Position numbers and translations under genes: made by a program. A stretch of DNA of 64,000 nt, taken from an uncultured Lachnospiraceae bacterium (lineage in GTDB: Bacteria > Bacillota > Clostridia > Lachnospirales > Lachnospiraceae). The stretch covers positions 2,782 through 66,781 of the forward strand of contig CAJUJM010000070.1 of assembly GCA_910586755.1 (NCBI GenBank), written 5' to 3'. The notes under the pieces were generated by a model. The model was not told where the DNA came from and did no database searches. It saw nothing but the letters and a program-made list of their open reading frames with translations. Positions 1-9,367 of this stretch are shown in pieces (the stretch's first letter is position 1; every line of letters starts with the position of its first letter).

Positions 1-56
1 TGCAGCCGGTTCGGACGCTCTGACAAGCGCCCCTGCGGCAGAGTAGGGGGACGCTT

Positions 57-923
57 ATGAAAATAAGATGGAACCTGCCGGGACGGAAAAAGAATCTTCC
101 TTCCTATCTGACGGAAAATGTGGAAGAAGATTTAATCCGCCTGGAAAATCTGGTAAAAATTTATGATACCGGAGCCATTAAGGTGCTGGGCTTAAAGAAA
201 ATCAACCTGACCATTAAACGGGGGGAATTTGTAGCCATTATGGGCCAGTCCGGTTCCGGAAAATCAACCCTGATGAACATTTTAGGCTGCCTGGATCGGC
301 CTACCCTGGGCCATTACTATCTGGACGGGGTGGATACGGCCGCCCTTACCCCTAATGAGCTTTCCGACATCCGAAACCGAAAAATAGGCTTTGTATTTCA
401 GTCCTTTAACCTGATATCCAGAACCTCAGCGGTAAAAAATGTGGAGATTCCCATGATATACGCCCGCAGATCCAAAAAGGACAGAAGGGAAAGGGCGCTG
501 CTTCTGCTGGAAAAAGTAGGATTGGGCCAGAGGTTTGAACACATGCCCAACGAGCTTTCCGGCGGACAGAGGCAGAGGGTTGCTATTGCCAGAGCCCTGG
601 CCAACGAACCGCCTCTGATTCTGGCTGACGAACCTACAGGAAACTTAGACACCGCTTCCTCTGTGGAAATTATGGAGATTTTCAGTGAACTTCACCGGGA
701 AGGGGCCACGGTAGTGGTAGTTACTCACGAGGAAAACATTGCCGCCTTTACCCACCGGATTATCCGTTTTCAGGACGGAAAGGTGGTAAGTGACGAGATG
801 AATCCCAATCCTACTGTTACCGGCAATGAGAACCATATGGAAGGGCTGTACCGGGTTCACTCCCAGGATCCGGCCGGCGGAGCAGAGACAACAGGGAAAC
901 AGGAGGAAATACATGCTGATTGA
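57..923 (+). CDS. ABC transporter ATP-binding protein (MacB/LolD-like)
   Basis: 288-aa ORF with Walker [13 protein letters not shown] signature LSGGQRQR and Walker B LILADEPT. Purine-rich RBS lies before ATG 57. Its 3' end overlaps the permease start by 11 nt. Confidence 0.9.
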   Translation: MKIRWNLPGRKKNLPSYLTENVEEDLIRLENLVKIYDTGAIKVLGLKKINLTIKRGEFVAIMGQSGSGKSTLMNILGCLDRPTLGHYYLDGVDTAALTPNELSDIRNRKIGFVFQSFNLISRTSAVKNVEIPMIYARRSKKDRRERALLLLEKVGLGQRFEHMPNELSGGQRQRVAIARALANEPPLILADEPTGNLDTASSVEIMEIFSELHREGATVVVVTHEENIAAFTHRIIRFQDGKVVSDEMNPNPTVTGNENHMEGLYRVHSQDPAGGAETTGKQEEIHAD

Positions 924-2124
924 AAATATGTTCATGGCATTTCACGCTATTAAAGCCAATAAAATGAGGGCATTTCTTACTATGCTGGGAATCATCATCG
1001 GTATTGGCTCTGTCATCTCCATTGTTTCTATCGGCGATACCATGAGAAGCATGTTTACGGAGATTTACAAGGATGTGGGCCTGACCCAGGCTTATATTTT
1101 TATCGGCTATTGGGTGGACGACGTACATCAAAGCGATTACTTTACCCTGGACGATCTGGATCGGATACAAGAAGTCTTCGGGGACGAGATTGCCTATATT
1201 GACAGCAACGCTTTTGTGAGTTCTAAGGTTCAGGCAGGAAGAACTACTATGGACTTTAATTTTACAGGGATAGATTATAACTATATTGATGTCCAGCCGG
1301 TAACCATCGTGGCAGGCCGGTATCTGAACCAGGGGGATATTCTGGGAAGAAAGAAAAATATCGTCATTGAGGAACAGAGCGCCATAAACCTGTTCGGCAC
1401 GGCGGAAGCAGTGGGAAAGACTTTCCGCACCACTATTTATGGGAATACGGATGAATACAACATTGTAGGCGTTTACCGCAAAGAACAGAGCGCTTTTGCC
1501 GCTCTTATGATGGGCAGCTCAGGGGATAAGGGAACGGCATTGATCCCTTATACCATTCTTACCTGGCCTAATGATTATTTTTATGAATGCCACGTTTTTG
1601 CCAGGGAAGATGTGGACCTGGCGGATTTCTTTACCCGGCTTACCGCTTTTATTGCCAAGATGAAGGGAAGAGCGCCCCAGGATTACTATACCATGACGGC
1701 TATGGATGAGATGGCAAGCGTAGACAGCGTAATGGGTGGAATCTCTGCCGCAGTAGGAGGAATTGCCGCTATCTCCCTGTTGGTAGGAGGCATCGGCATC
1801 ATGAACATCATGCTGGTATCTGTCACCGAGAGAACCAGGGAGATCGGCATCCGAAAGGCTCTGGGGGCCAGGACCAGGGATGTTTTGATTCAGTTTTTAA
1901 CCGAATCTGCCCTGCTGTCCGCCTGCGGGGGACTGCTGGGAGTCAGCCTGGCAGTGGGGCTGGTAAGTCTGGGAGACATACTCTTTGGAATACCGGTGGT
2001 GATAAAGCCATCCATTGTAATAATGGCAGTGTCTTTCTCTGCTGTTGTAGGCATCTTTTTTGGCCTCTATCCTGCGTCAAAGGCGGCTAAGGCCGACCCC
2101 ATTGACGCCCTGAGATATGAATAA
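913..2124 (+). CDS. ABC transporter permease, FtsX/MacB-type
   Basis: The ORF track opens at 826, but AGGAGG at 901-906 precedes ATG 913 (MLIENMF...). It has an N-terminal TM, a large extracytoplasmic domain and a C-terminal FtsX-like TM bundle (TREIGIRKALGA). Confidence 0.85.
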   Translation: MLIENMFMAFHAIKANKMRAFLTMLGIIIGIGSVISIVSIGDTMRSMFTEIYKDVGLTQAYIFIGYWVDDVHQSDYFTLDDLDRIQEVFGDEIAYIDSNAFVSSKVQAGRTTMDFNFTGIDYNYIDVQPVTIVAGRYLNQGDILGRKKNIVIEEQSAINLFGTAEAVGKTFRTTIYGNTDEYNIVGVYRKEQSAFAALMMGSSGDKGTALIPYTILTWPNDYFYECHVFAREDVDLADFFTRLTAFIAKMKGRAPQDYYTMTAMDEMASVDSVMGGISAAVGGIAAISLLVGGIGIMNIMLVSVTERTREIGIRKALGARTRDVLIQFLTESALLSACGGLLGVSLAVGLVSLGDILFGIPVVIKPSIVIMAVSFSAVVGIFFGLYPASKAAKADPIDALRYE

Positions 2125-2135
2125 ATATGCATAAA

Positions 2136-2166
2136 GGGGACGCTGCAAAATAGCGCTCCCTTTTTT
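2136..2166 (+). terminator. Intrinsic terminator after the ABC exporter genes
   Basis: GGGGACGCT (2136-2144) pairs with AGCGCTCCC (2152-2160), with one wobble and one mismatch. A T6 run follows at 2161-2166. Confidence 0.75.
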
Positions 2167-2302
2167 GTATAAAAAAACAGAAAGCGAAACGTGTCTGATT
2201 ATGTCTGAGAAAAAAATGTAAAAATTTATTCAGATAGGGTCGCCAAGATTTGTTAATTGTGGTATACTAAGGTGATATCTTATGGACAGAGGAGCAGAGC
2301 TT

Positions 2303-2728
2303 ATGCTAAATGAAGAAAAAATCAGACTGATGACGGAAATCGCCATGTTTGAGAAAAAGGAAGGGAAGAATATTTTTCCTTATCATAAGTATTTTAAAAG
2401 CGATTATATTGGAAGCAGGGTTATGAGAAGCTTCTTTAAATACACCCTGTGCGCTCTGCTCTGTCTGCTTATCTGGGGACTTTACAACCTGGACAGCCTT
2501 CTTAACACGGTTAATTTAGGCGATCTTTTTGTCAGAGGGGAGACGCTGATAAAGGTTTATCTGGCGGGCCTGCTCCTTTATCTGATTATAACGGCTGTAG
2601 TTGCAGACATCCGTTATCGCCGGGCTCATAAGGGGATGAGAGAATACGCCGCCAAGCTGCGGCGCCTGGAGAAGCGCTATGAATTCCAGAGCAAGACGAA
2701 AGAAATAAAGGAGGGCTCAAGGTCATGA
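2303..2728 (+). CDS. Hypothetical small membrane protein
   Basis: The ORF is open from 2282. An extended -10 (TGgTATACT, 2260-2268) would place the TSS near 2275, so GGAG-preceded ATG 2303 is preferred over ATG 2282. It has two predicted TM segments and a basic C-terminal helix. I recognise no family. Confidence 0.5.
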   Translation: MLNEEKIRLMTEIAMFEKKEGKNIFPYHKYFKSDYIGSRVMRSFFKYTLCALLCLLIWGLYNLDSLLNTVNLGDLFVRGETLIKVYLAGLLLYLIITAVVADIRYRRAHKGMREYAAKLRRLEKRYEFQSKTKEIKEGSRS

Positions 2729-3669
2729 TGGGGCTGCTTGTCTTAAAAGAACGATTAAAGGAGTTTTACGGGAAATACGATATTTACATTAATCCGGTAT
2801 TCCGCTTTTTGTTTGGCCTTTCTGCCATATGGATTCTCAATTCGAACCTGGGATTTATGGCGAAGCTGACGGAACCGGCGCCGGTGCTGGTAACGGGGCT
2901 TGTGTGTTCTTTCCTGCCTTACAGCATTATTTCCCTGGTGATTACTCTGATTATGCTGCTTCATTTATACAGCGCATCTTTGGAGATTGCTTTGCTGGTT
3001 GGCGTGCTGGTAGTGATTATCATTTTGCTTTACAGCGGACTTCAACCCGGAGACAGCTTCCTCTTGGTGCTGACTCCCATGATGTTTTTCCTGAACATTC
3101 CTTATGTGCTTCCTCTTTTGGTGGGGCTGGCCGGAAGCCTGACTGCGGTAATTCCGGTATCTCTGGGAATATTGGTCTACTATATTCTCCTGTATATTAA
3201 GCAGAATGTAGGAGCTTTAACCGGAACGGTGGCTGCCGCAGACATCACGCAGAAATATGTCCAGCTTATTAAGAGTATGCTTTCCAACCAAACGGCAGTG
3301 GTAATGATTGCCGCTTTTGCCTTAAGCATTGCGCTGGTATATATGATAAAACGCCTGTCCACAGATTACTCCTGGTATCTGGCCATTGCTGCCGGAGTGA
3401 TTGCCCAGTTGGGGGTGATTTTTGTGGGAAATATGATGTTTTCTATAACAGTGCCTATGGGAGATATGGTAGCTGGCATGGCAGTGTCAGTTGTAATTGC
3501 TTTGGTATATACCTTTTTCGCCTTTGCAGTGGATTATACCCGCACAGAGTACCTTCAGTACGAAGATGATGATTATTATTACTATGTAAAAGCGGTTCCT
3601 AAAATTGCGGTAACCGCCCGGGACGTAAAAGTCCAGAAAATCAATACCAGAAAAAAACGGATGGAATAA
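2725..3669 (+). CDS. Hypothetical polytopic membrane protein
   Basis: 314-aa ORF that is highly hydrophobic (about 8 TM), with an acidic/Tyr-rich C-terminal tail (YEDDDYYYY). An ATGA start/stop overlap links it to the upstream gene. I recognise no family. Confidence 0.55.
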   Translation: MMGLLVLKERLKEFYGKYDIYINPVFRFLFGLSAIWILNSNLGFMAKLTEPAPVLVTGLVCSFLPYSIISLVITLIMLLHLYSASLEIALLVGVLVVIIILLYSGLQPGDSFLLVLTPMMFFLNIPYVLPLLVGLAGSLTAVIPVSLGILVYYILLYIKQNVGALTGTVAAADITQKYVQLIKSMLSNQTAVVMIAAFALSIALVYMIKRLSTDYSWYLAIAAGVIAQLGVIFVGNMMFSITVPMGDMVAGMAVSVVIALVYTFFAFAVDYTRTEYLQYEDDDYYYYVKAVPKIAVTARDVKVQKINTRKKRME

Positions 3670-3703
3670 TCCAAAAAACGGGAAAAGGGGGTGCGGTATT
3701 GAT

Positions 3704-4582
3704 ATGGCAGATTTGTTAAATGGTTTATACAGCTGGCTTACATTTTTACCTAGAATGACCTTGGCGAATCTGATAGAAATCGTAATACTTTCCGCTCTGA
3801 TTTATGAAATCCTGCTTTGGATTAAAAATACCAGAGCCTGGACTCTTCTCAGAGGACTGGTAGTAATTTTGGGCTTTGCTATTTTGGCAGAGCTGTTTAA
3901 GCTGACTATTATTTTGTGGATACTGGAAAAATCCCTGACCATAGCTGTGACGGCTCTGATTATCATATTCCAGCCGGAGCTACGCAAGGCTTTAGAGCAG
4001 CTGGGGAGTCAGAATCTGCTTAGCAATATTTTATCTATTGATGATAAAAAGTCTCAGTCAGGCTTTACAGACAAGACCATCAATGAGCTGGTAAAGGCCA
4101 CCTTTGAGATGGCAAAGGTAAAGACAGGGGCGCTTATCGTCATCAGCCGGGATGTGCCCTTAAAGGAGATTGAGAGAACCGGCATTGAGGTGGACGGTAT
4201 TGTCACCAGCCAGCTTCTGATTAATATTTTTGAGCACAATACCCCTCTCCACGATGGGGCGGTGGTGGTTCAGGGAAACCGTGTGACGGCGGCAACCTGC
4301 TATCTTCCTCTTTCCGATAATATGAATATCAGTAAAGAATTGGGAACGCGCCATCGGGCCGCAGTGGGCATCAGTGAAGTGACAGATACCATGACCATCG
4401 TAGTTTCTGAGGAAACCGGCCGTGTGTCTGTGGCCCGGGGCGGCAAACTGGAAAAGATTGGAAGCGCTGATGAGCTTAGAAGAGTATTAAGAGCTTCCCA
4501 GGGAGAGGATAAGGAGGCTGCTGTTAATCGGATTAAGATATGGAAGGGAAGGCTGAGAAATGAAAGAACGATTAAAGAGTAA
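3704..4582 (+). CDS. cdaA: Diadenylate cyclase CdaA (DisA_N/DAC domain, membrane-anchored)
   Basis: Three N-terminal TM segments followed by a DAC domain with HDGAVVV and GTRHRAAVG motifs. Confidence 0.92.
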   Translation: MADLLNGLYSWLTFLPRMTLANLIEIVILSALIYEILLWIKNTRAWTLLRGLVVILGFAILAELFKLTIILWILEKSLTIAVTALIIIFQPELRKALEQLGSQNLLSNILSIDDKKSQSGFTDKTINELVKATFEMAKVKTGALIVISRDVPLKEIERTGIEVDGIVTSQLLINIFEHNTPLHDGAVVVQGNRVTAATCYLPLSDNMNISKELGTRHRAAVGISEVTDTMTIVVSEETGRVSVARGGKLEKIGSADELRRVLRASQGEDKEAAVNRIKIWKGRLRNERTIKE

Positions 4583-5906
4583 TCTGGGCCTGAAAATCCT
4601 GTCTGTTTTCCTTGCATTTTTCGTATGGCTTTTGGTAGTAAATGTGTCCGATCCCAGGCAGAGCGGCGAGAGAAGCGTGCAGCTTGAGATTATCAATGAG
4701 GATGTCCTGACAGACGCGGGACTGACCTATGAGCTGGTGGAACGGAGTACGGTAACCGTTGATTACACGGTGCATATGCGGAACAGTTCCCAGATCCAGC
4801 CGGCGGATTTCAGGGCTTACATTGATCTTGCAGATTGTAATGTTCTGGGAACCGTGCCGGTTCGGTTAGAAGTATTAAATCACAAAGATATGGTAACCAA
4901 TGTCCGGGCCAACCCCAGCGTAGTCCATGTGGAGACAGAACCTATCCAAAGAAAAGAATTTGAGCTGAAGATGGAGATTAAGGGGAAAGCAGCCGACGGG
5001 TATGAGGTCAACGGCTATACCCTTGCTTCAAAAAGGGTTTGGGTCAGAGGCCCGGAATCTTTAGTAGGCCAGATTACCGCAGTGGGAGTGGAAGTGGACA
5101 TTGACGGCGCAGAGGGGGATGTAACCGGCGTCACCTCCCCGATATTTTATGACGCCAACGGCAATCCGCTGAATTTAGGAGAAAAGGTAAGCGTAAATCA
5201 GACAGAGATAAACTATACAGTACAGATATTAAAAGTTCGTCAGCTTGCCCTGGACTTTGAGGTGGGCGGTAATGTGGCGGACGGCTATCGGTTTACCGGG
5301 ATTGAATGTGATGCCAAGACGATTTCCGTTGTGGGCTTGCGTTCTCAGCTGGCTTCCGTTACCAGCGTCACCATACCGTCAGAGGTTTTAAGTGTGGATG
5401 GTCTGATGGCAGGGAAGGTGGTAACAGTAGATGTAAGCCAGTTCTTACCGGAAGGAGTAAGAATGGTAACCGACAACGGCGATACCACCATCCATATCCG
5501 GCTTGATGTAGAGCGGCTGTCCTCCAGAACGTATTCCATTGACAAGGATGCCATTGTTCTTATGGGAAGCCGGGAAGGTTATGAATATACTTTTACGTCA
5601 GATACTATGGAAGTAACGGTGCAGGGTCTGGAGGAAGATTTGAACAGTTTGGAAAGCACTGCTATCAAGGCGTCTGTGGACGTGTCTCAGATGGAGGCAG
5701 GAACCCATGTGGCAATTATAAACTTTGAAGCCCTGGAACACGGCTATGAGATCCTTGACTATACCCGGATGTCTCTGACTGTCACAGACGGCAGCGGGAC
5801 TTTGGGGCCGGAAGACGCATTGGAGACGGGGGCGCCGGTCTCTGATGCAGGGGAAAGCAGCGAGAGTAAGGCCGAGCAGGCTGCAGAGGAAAGCTCTGAA
5901 GCCTAA
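4560..5906 (+). CDS. cdaR: CdaA regulatory protein CdaR (YbbR-domain repeats)
   Basis: 448 aa with an N-terminal TM, repeated YbbR-like beta modules and an acidic tail. It overlaps the cdaA 3' end by 23 nt, which is the canonical position downstream of cdaA. Confidence 0.8.
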   Translation: MKERLKSNLGLKILSVFLAFFVWLLVVNVSDPRQSGERSVQLEIINEDVLTDAGLTYELVERSTVTVDYTVHMRNSSQIQPADFRAYIDLADCNVLGTVPVRLEVLNHKDMVTNVRANPSVVHVETEPIQRKEFELKMEIKGKAADGYEVNGYTLASKRVWVRGPESLVGQITAVGVEVDIDGAEGDVTGVTSPIFYDANGNPLNLGEKVSVNQTEINYTVQILKVRQLALDFEVGGNVADGYRFTGIECDAKTISVVGLRSQLASVTSVTIPSEVLSVDGLMAGKVVTVDVSQFLPEGVRMVTDNGDTTIHIRLDVERLSSRTYSIDKDAIVLMGSREGYEYTFTSDTMEVTVQGLEEDLNSLESTAIKASVDVSQMEAGTHVAIINFEALEHGYEILDYTRMSLTVTDGSGTLGPEDALETGAPVSDAGESSESKAEQAAEESSEA

Positions 5907-5914
5907 ATAGTCAC

Positions 5915-5950
5915 TAAACCTGCCTGCGCCCGGCAGCGGACTTCTAATAG
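5915..5950. repeat. Truncated copy (5' part only) of the 110-nt intergenic repeat family
   Basis: TAAACCTGCCTGCGCCCGGCAGCGGACTTCTAATAG aligns with positions 2-37 of the copies at 12105 and 57053 (about 27/36 identical to the 12105 copy by hand), then diverges. Confidence 0.55.
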
Positions 5951-5967
5951 TAATCGGGGGAAATATT

Positions 5968-6231
5968 ATGGTGAAGGCAAAAACACAAATTAAGAATCCT
6001 ACTGGGCTTCACCTGCGCCCGGCAGGGATTTTATGTAAAGAGGCATTAAAATACAAGTCATCTGTTAATTTTTTGTTTAGCAACTCATACAACAATGCAA
6101 AGAGCGTGTTAAGCGTTCTGGGGGCATGTGTAAAGAGCGGAGACGAGATCGAATTCATCTGCGAAGGGGAAGACGAGGAAGCAGCGCTGGCTGCAATGTT
6201 GAAAGCAGTAGCAGACGGTCTGGGAGAATAA
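5968..6231 (+). CDS. ptsH: Phosphocarrier protein HPr
   Basis: 87 aa. His15 lies in GLHLRPA and Ser46 in AKSVLSVLG. Confidence 0.9.
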   Translation: MVKAKTQIKNPTGLHLRPAGILCKEALKYKSSVNFLFSNSYNNAKSVLSVLGACVKSGDEIEFICEGEDEEAALAAMLKAVADGLGE

Positions 6232-6272
6232 CGATTAAAGAGAAATAGTATTTTAAGGAGGTATAAGGTATT

Positions 6273-7985
6273 ATGTTTAAAGGAACAAGTGCATCAGCAG
6301 GTATTGGTATTGGAAAGGTAGCCATTGTGGAGGATGTCCAGCTGGTTATCAAAAGGGAAACGGTTTCCAACCCTCAGGCGGAGCTGGAACGCTTTAAAGC
6401 CGCCCTTATGCAGAGCATTAAGGAGACGGGAGCTTTGGCAGCGGATCTGGCAACCAGAGTGGGGGAGAAGGAGGCCGAGATCCTGAATGGCCATTTGATG
6501 CTGCTGTCGGATCCCATGCTTACAGGGGAGATCGAGAACGCTATTACCAACGAGGGGGTAAACAGCGAGTACGCCATTGAGCAGACCTGCAACACCTATG
6601 CGGATATGTTTGCTTCCATGGGGGATGAACTGATGCAGCAGAGGGCAACTGACATGCGGGACATTAAGACTCGTATGCAGAAGGTTCTCATGGGAGTGGA
6701 GTCTGTGGACATTGCATCTCTTCCGGCCGGCACCATTATTGTGGCAAAGGATTTGACCCCGTCTATGACTGCCGGGATTAATCCTCAGAGTGTAACTGGT
6801 ATCGTAACCGAGCTGGGCGGACGGACTTCCCACAGCGCCATCCTGGCGAGAGCCCTGGAGATCCCCGCAGTAGTTGCGGTGGCAGATTTCTTAAGCCATG
6901 TAAAAAATGGAGATGAAGTAGTGCTGGATGGCTCCGACGGCAGTATTTATGTAAATCCCGATCCGGCTGTAATGGGAGAGTATGAGGCCAAGAGAGATTC
7001 CTTCTTAAAAGAAAAGAAGGAATTGGAACAGTACATTGGCAAATCCACTGTTACTAAGGACGGAGTTCATGTGGAGCTGGTTGCCAACATTGGCAAGCCG
7101 GAAGACGTGGATAAGGTACTCCAGTACGACGGCGAGGGCGTAGGCTTATTCCGCACGGAGTTTTTGTTTATGGATCGAAATGCAATGCCTACTGAGGATG
7201 AGCAGTTTGAAGCATACAAGAAGGTGGCAGTCGCCATGAACGGCAAGCCGGTAATTATCCGTACCCTGGATATCGGCGGCGACAAGGAGATCCCCTACAT
7301 GGGCCTTGAAAAGGATGAAAATCCCTTCCTGGGCTACCGTGCAGTGCGCTTCTGTTTAGACCGGAAAGAGGATGTGTATAAGCCTCAGCTTCGGGCCCTT
7401 TTACGCGCCAGCGCTTTCGGCAATATTAAAATCATGGTTCCCCTGGTAACCTGTATCGATGAGCTGCGCCAGGTAAAGGCCATTATCAAAGAATTAAAGG
7501 AAGAATTGGATTCCTGCCATGTTCCATACAACAAGGATATCCAGGTAGGTATTATGGTGGAGACTGCCGCTGCGTCCCTGATTGCAGATATTTTTGCAAA
7601 GGAAGCGGACTTCTTCAGCATCGGAACCAACGATTTAACCCAGTACACCATGTCTGTTGACAGAGGAAACGATAAGGTTTCCTACCTGTACTCCCCGTTA
7701 AATCCGGCAGTGCTGAGAAGTATTAAGAGGATTATCTCTTGTGGCCGGGAAGCCGGAATCATGGTAGGCATGTGCGGTGAGGCGGCCAGCGATCCTCTGA
7801 TGATCCCGCTGCTTCTGGCATTTGGCCTGAATGAATTCAGTATGAGCGCTTCCGCCATCTTAAAGTCCAGAAAGCTGATTACCAGCTACAGCACAGAAGA
7901 GCTTCAGGCAGTTGCAGACAAGGCTATGAGCTTTGCAACGGAAAAGGAAGTAGCACAATTTATGAAAGAATTTGTGGAGCAGTAA
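6273..7985 (+). CDS. ptsI: PTS Enzyme I (phosphoenolpyruvate-protein phosphotransferase)
   Basis: 570 aa with the active-site region GGRTSHSAILARALEIPAV and a C-terminal PEP-utilising TIM-barrel domain. AAGGAGG RBS is present. Confidence 0.95.
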   Translation: MFKGTSASAGIGIGKVAIVEDVQLVIKRETVSNPQAELERFKAALMQSIKETGALAADLATRVGEKEAEILNGHLMLLSDPMLTGEIENAITNEGVNSEYAIEQTCNTYADMFASMGDELMQQRATDMRDIKTRMQKVLMGVESVDIASLPAGTIIVAKDLTPSMTAGINPQSVTGIVTELGGRTSHSAILARALEIPAVVAVADFLSHVKNGDEVVLDGSDGSIYVNPDPAVMGEYEAKRDSFLKEKKELEQYIGKSTVTKDGVHVELVANIGKPEDVDKVLQYDGEGVGLFRTEFLFMDRNAMPTEDEQFEAYKKVAVAMNGKPVIIRTLDIGGDKEIPYMGLEKDENPFLGYRAVRFCLDRKEDVYKPQLRALLRASAFGNIKIMVPLVTCIDELRQVKAIIKELKEELDSCHVPYNKDIQVGIMVETAAASLIADIFAKEADFFSIGTNDLTQYTMSVDRGNDKVSYLYSPLNPAVLRSIKRIISCGREAGIMVGMCGEAASDPLMIPLLLAFGLNEFSMSASAILKSRKLITSYSTEELQAVADKAMSFATEKEVAQFMKEFVEQ

Positions 7986-7988
7986 TTG

Positions 7989-9335
7989 ATGATTATTTAT
8001 TGCGTCTGTTATTTAACCAGCTTTTTGCTGGCCCAGGCCGGATGGTATATCCCATCCGGCCTGATGCTCATTGGGGCCGCCCTGTATATTTACTGGAAGG
8101 ATTGGAGAAAAACCGGAAATCTCATCCATTTAAGAGGCCTGTTCTTTTTAGGCTTTGTGGGAGGGCAGGGAATCTCCTGCTTTAAACTGAGCCGCCTGCA
8201 GACGGAATGGTCTGTGGGGACGTGGCTGTGCTTTTTGACGGCAGCCCTGGCCTTTTATATCGCCTTTTCCCTTACAGAGGACAGGAACCCGGGCAGATGG
8301 GATGCCGGTGGGATTGGAAAAAGGATTAAAAAGGATCCTGCGGGTGAGACCCTGCGGGAATCTGGCATGAACAGGCGGAAAAAACGGGTAATTGCGGATT
8401 CCGGCGGCCTTATGGCGGCCATTTTAGGTATTACGGGGATATCTGCCGGAGCCTTTCTTCTGGAGGCGGCAGTGCTGGGCTATGTTCCCCTTTTGGTGCG
8501 GGGCGTACCCCACGCATACTCCTATTTCCACATCAGCGGGGTTCACTATTTTACGGTCTCCTGTGTGCTGGTTCCGCCTCTGGCAGTGCTGTTTTATCTT
8601 GGAAATCCCAGGGCTTCCCGGCTGGAAAAAACCGCTGTTGCCGTTTCAGCTGCTATAAGCCTGGCGATTCCTGTTTTATGCGTGTCCCGGTTCCAGCTGA
8701 TTTTTGCAGTAGGGCTGTCGGCGTTTTCTTATATTTCAGTAAAACGTCAGATAAATGTAAAAATACTTTTGGGTTTGGGAGCGGCTATGATTCCCTTATA
8801 CGTTCTTCTTACCATTGCAAGGAGTCACGATGTGGCCTATCTCAACGGGATCTTCGAGATGAAAAACAGCGCCACTCCCATATTTATTACGCAGCCTTAT
8901 ATGTATATTGCCAACAATTATGACAATTTTAACTGTCTGGTGGAAGAGCTGCCCTCCCACGCATTAGGACTCAGGATGCTGTTTCCGGTTTGGGCTTTAA
9001 CGGGGATGAAGTTTTTCTACCCCTCCCTGACAGCATTTCCCATCTACGTAACCAAGGAAGAACTGACCACAGTAACCATTTTGTATGACGCTTATTATGA
9101 TTTTGGCATGATAGGAGTCGGAGCATTTGCCGCCTTGCTGGGCTTTTTCTGTGGCTATCTGGTAAAGAAGCTAAGGCATATGCAGAATCCGGCAGGATAT
9201 CTTTTGTATGCCCAGATTGCCATGTACATGGCACTGTCATTTTTTACCACGTGGTTTTCCAACCCGGCCACATGGTTCTATCTGGCGGCAACCGGGGCAG
9301 TATGGGCGCTGTGCGAGGCAGTCCATCGGAGATGA
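7989..9335 (+). CDS. Polytopic membrane protein, oligosaccharide repeat-unit (Wzy-like) polymerase family
   Basis: About 448 aa with more than 10 TM segments and a general resemblance to O-antigen/EPS polymerases. It starts at TTG 7986 or ATG 7989, immediately after the ptsI stop. The family call comes from memory of family features only. Confidence 0.5.
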   Translation: MIIYCVCYLTSFLLAQAGWYIPSGLMLIGAALYIYWKDWRKTGNLIHLRGLFFLGFVGGQGISCFKLSRLQTEWSVGTWLCFLTAALAFYIAFSLTEDRNPGRWDAGGIGKRIKKDPAGETLRESGMNRRKKRVIADSGGLMAAILGITGISAGAFLLEAAVLGYVPLLVRGVPHAYSYFHISGVHYFTVSCVLVPPLAVLFYLGNPRASRLEKTAVAVSAAISLAIPVLCVSRFQLIFAVGLSAFSYISVKRQINVKILLGLGAAMIPLYVLLTIARSHDVAYLNGIFEMKNSATPIFITQPYMYIANNYDNFNCLVEELPSHALGLRMLFPVWALTGMKFFYPSLTAFPIYVTKEELTTVTILYDAYYDFGMIGVGAFAALLGFFCGYLVKKLRHMQNPAGYLLYAQIAMYMALSFFTTWFSNPATWFYLAATGAVWALCEAVHRR

Positions 9336-9367
9336 ACTCCGGAAAAAGTGAAGAGGAGGAAGAGAGA

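Noticed and set aside
826-912. N-terminal 29 codons of the track ORF 826..2124
   Set aside because: This stretch lies inside the ATPase gene in another frame. AGGAGG at 901-906 and the hydrophobic FtsX N-terminus support ATG 913 instead.
6294-6833. Long antisense ORFs inside well-supported genes: 6294..6833, 29907..30440, 34191..34808, 37048..37641, 42214..42633, 55806..56348
   Set aside because: Each lies fully within a strongly supported conserved CDS on the other strand. Their composition is Arg/Pro/Gly/His-rich, typical of antisense frames, and none has a translation signal.
9251-9367. Upstream extensions of the crr ORF (9251) and of the aminotransferase ORF (9766-9867)
   Set aside because: The extensions overlap the preceding genes and have no RBS. 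Internal ATGs at 9368 and 9868 have strong RBSs and give family-typical N-termini.
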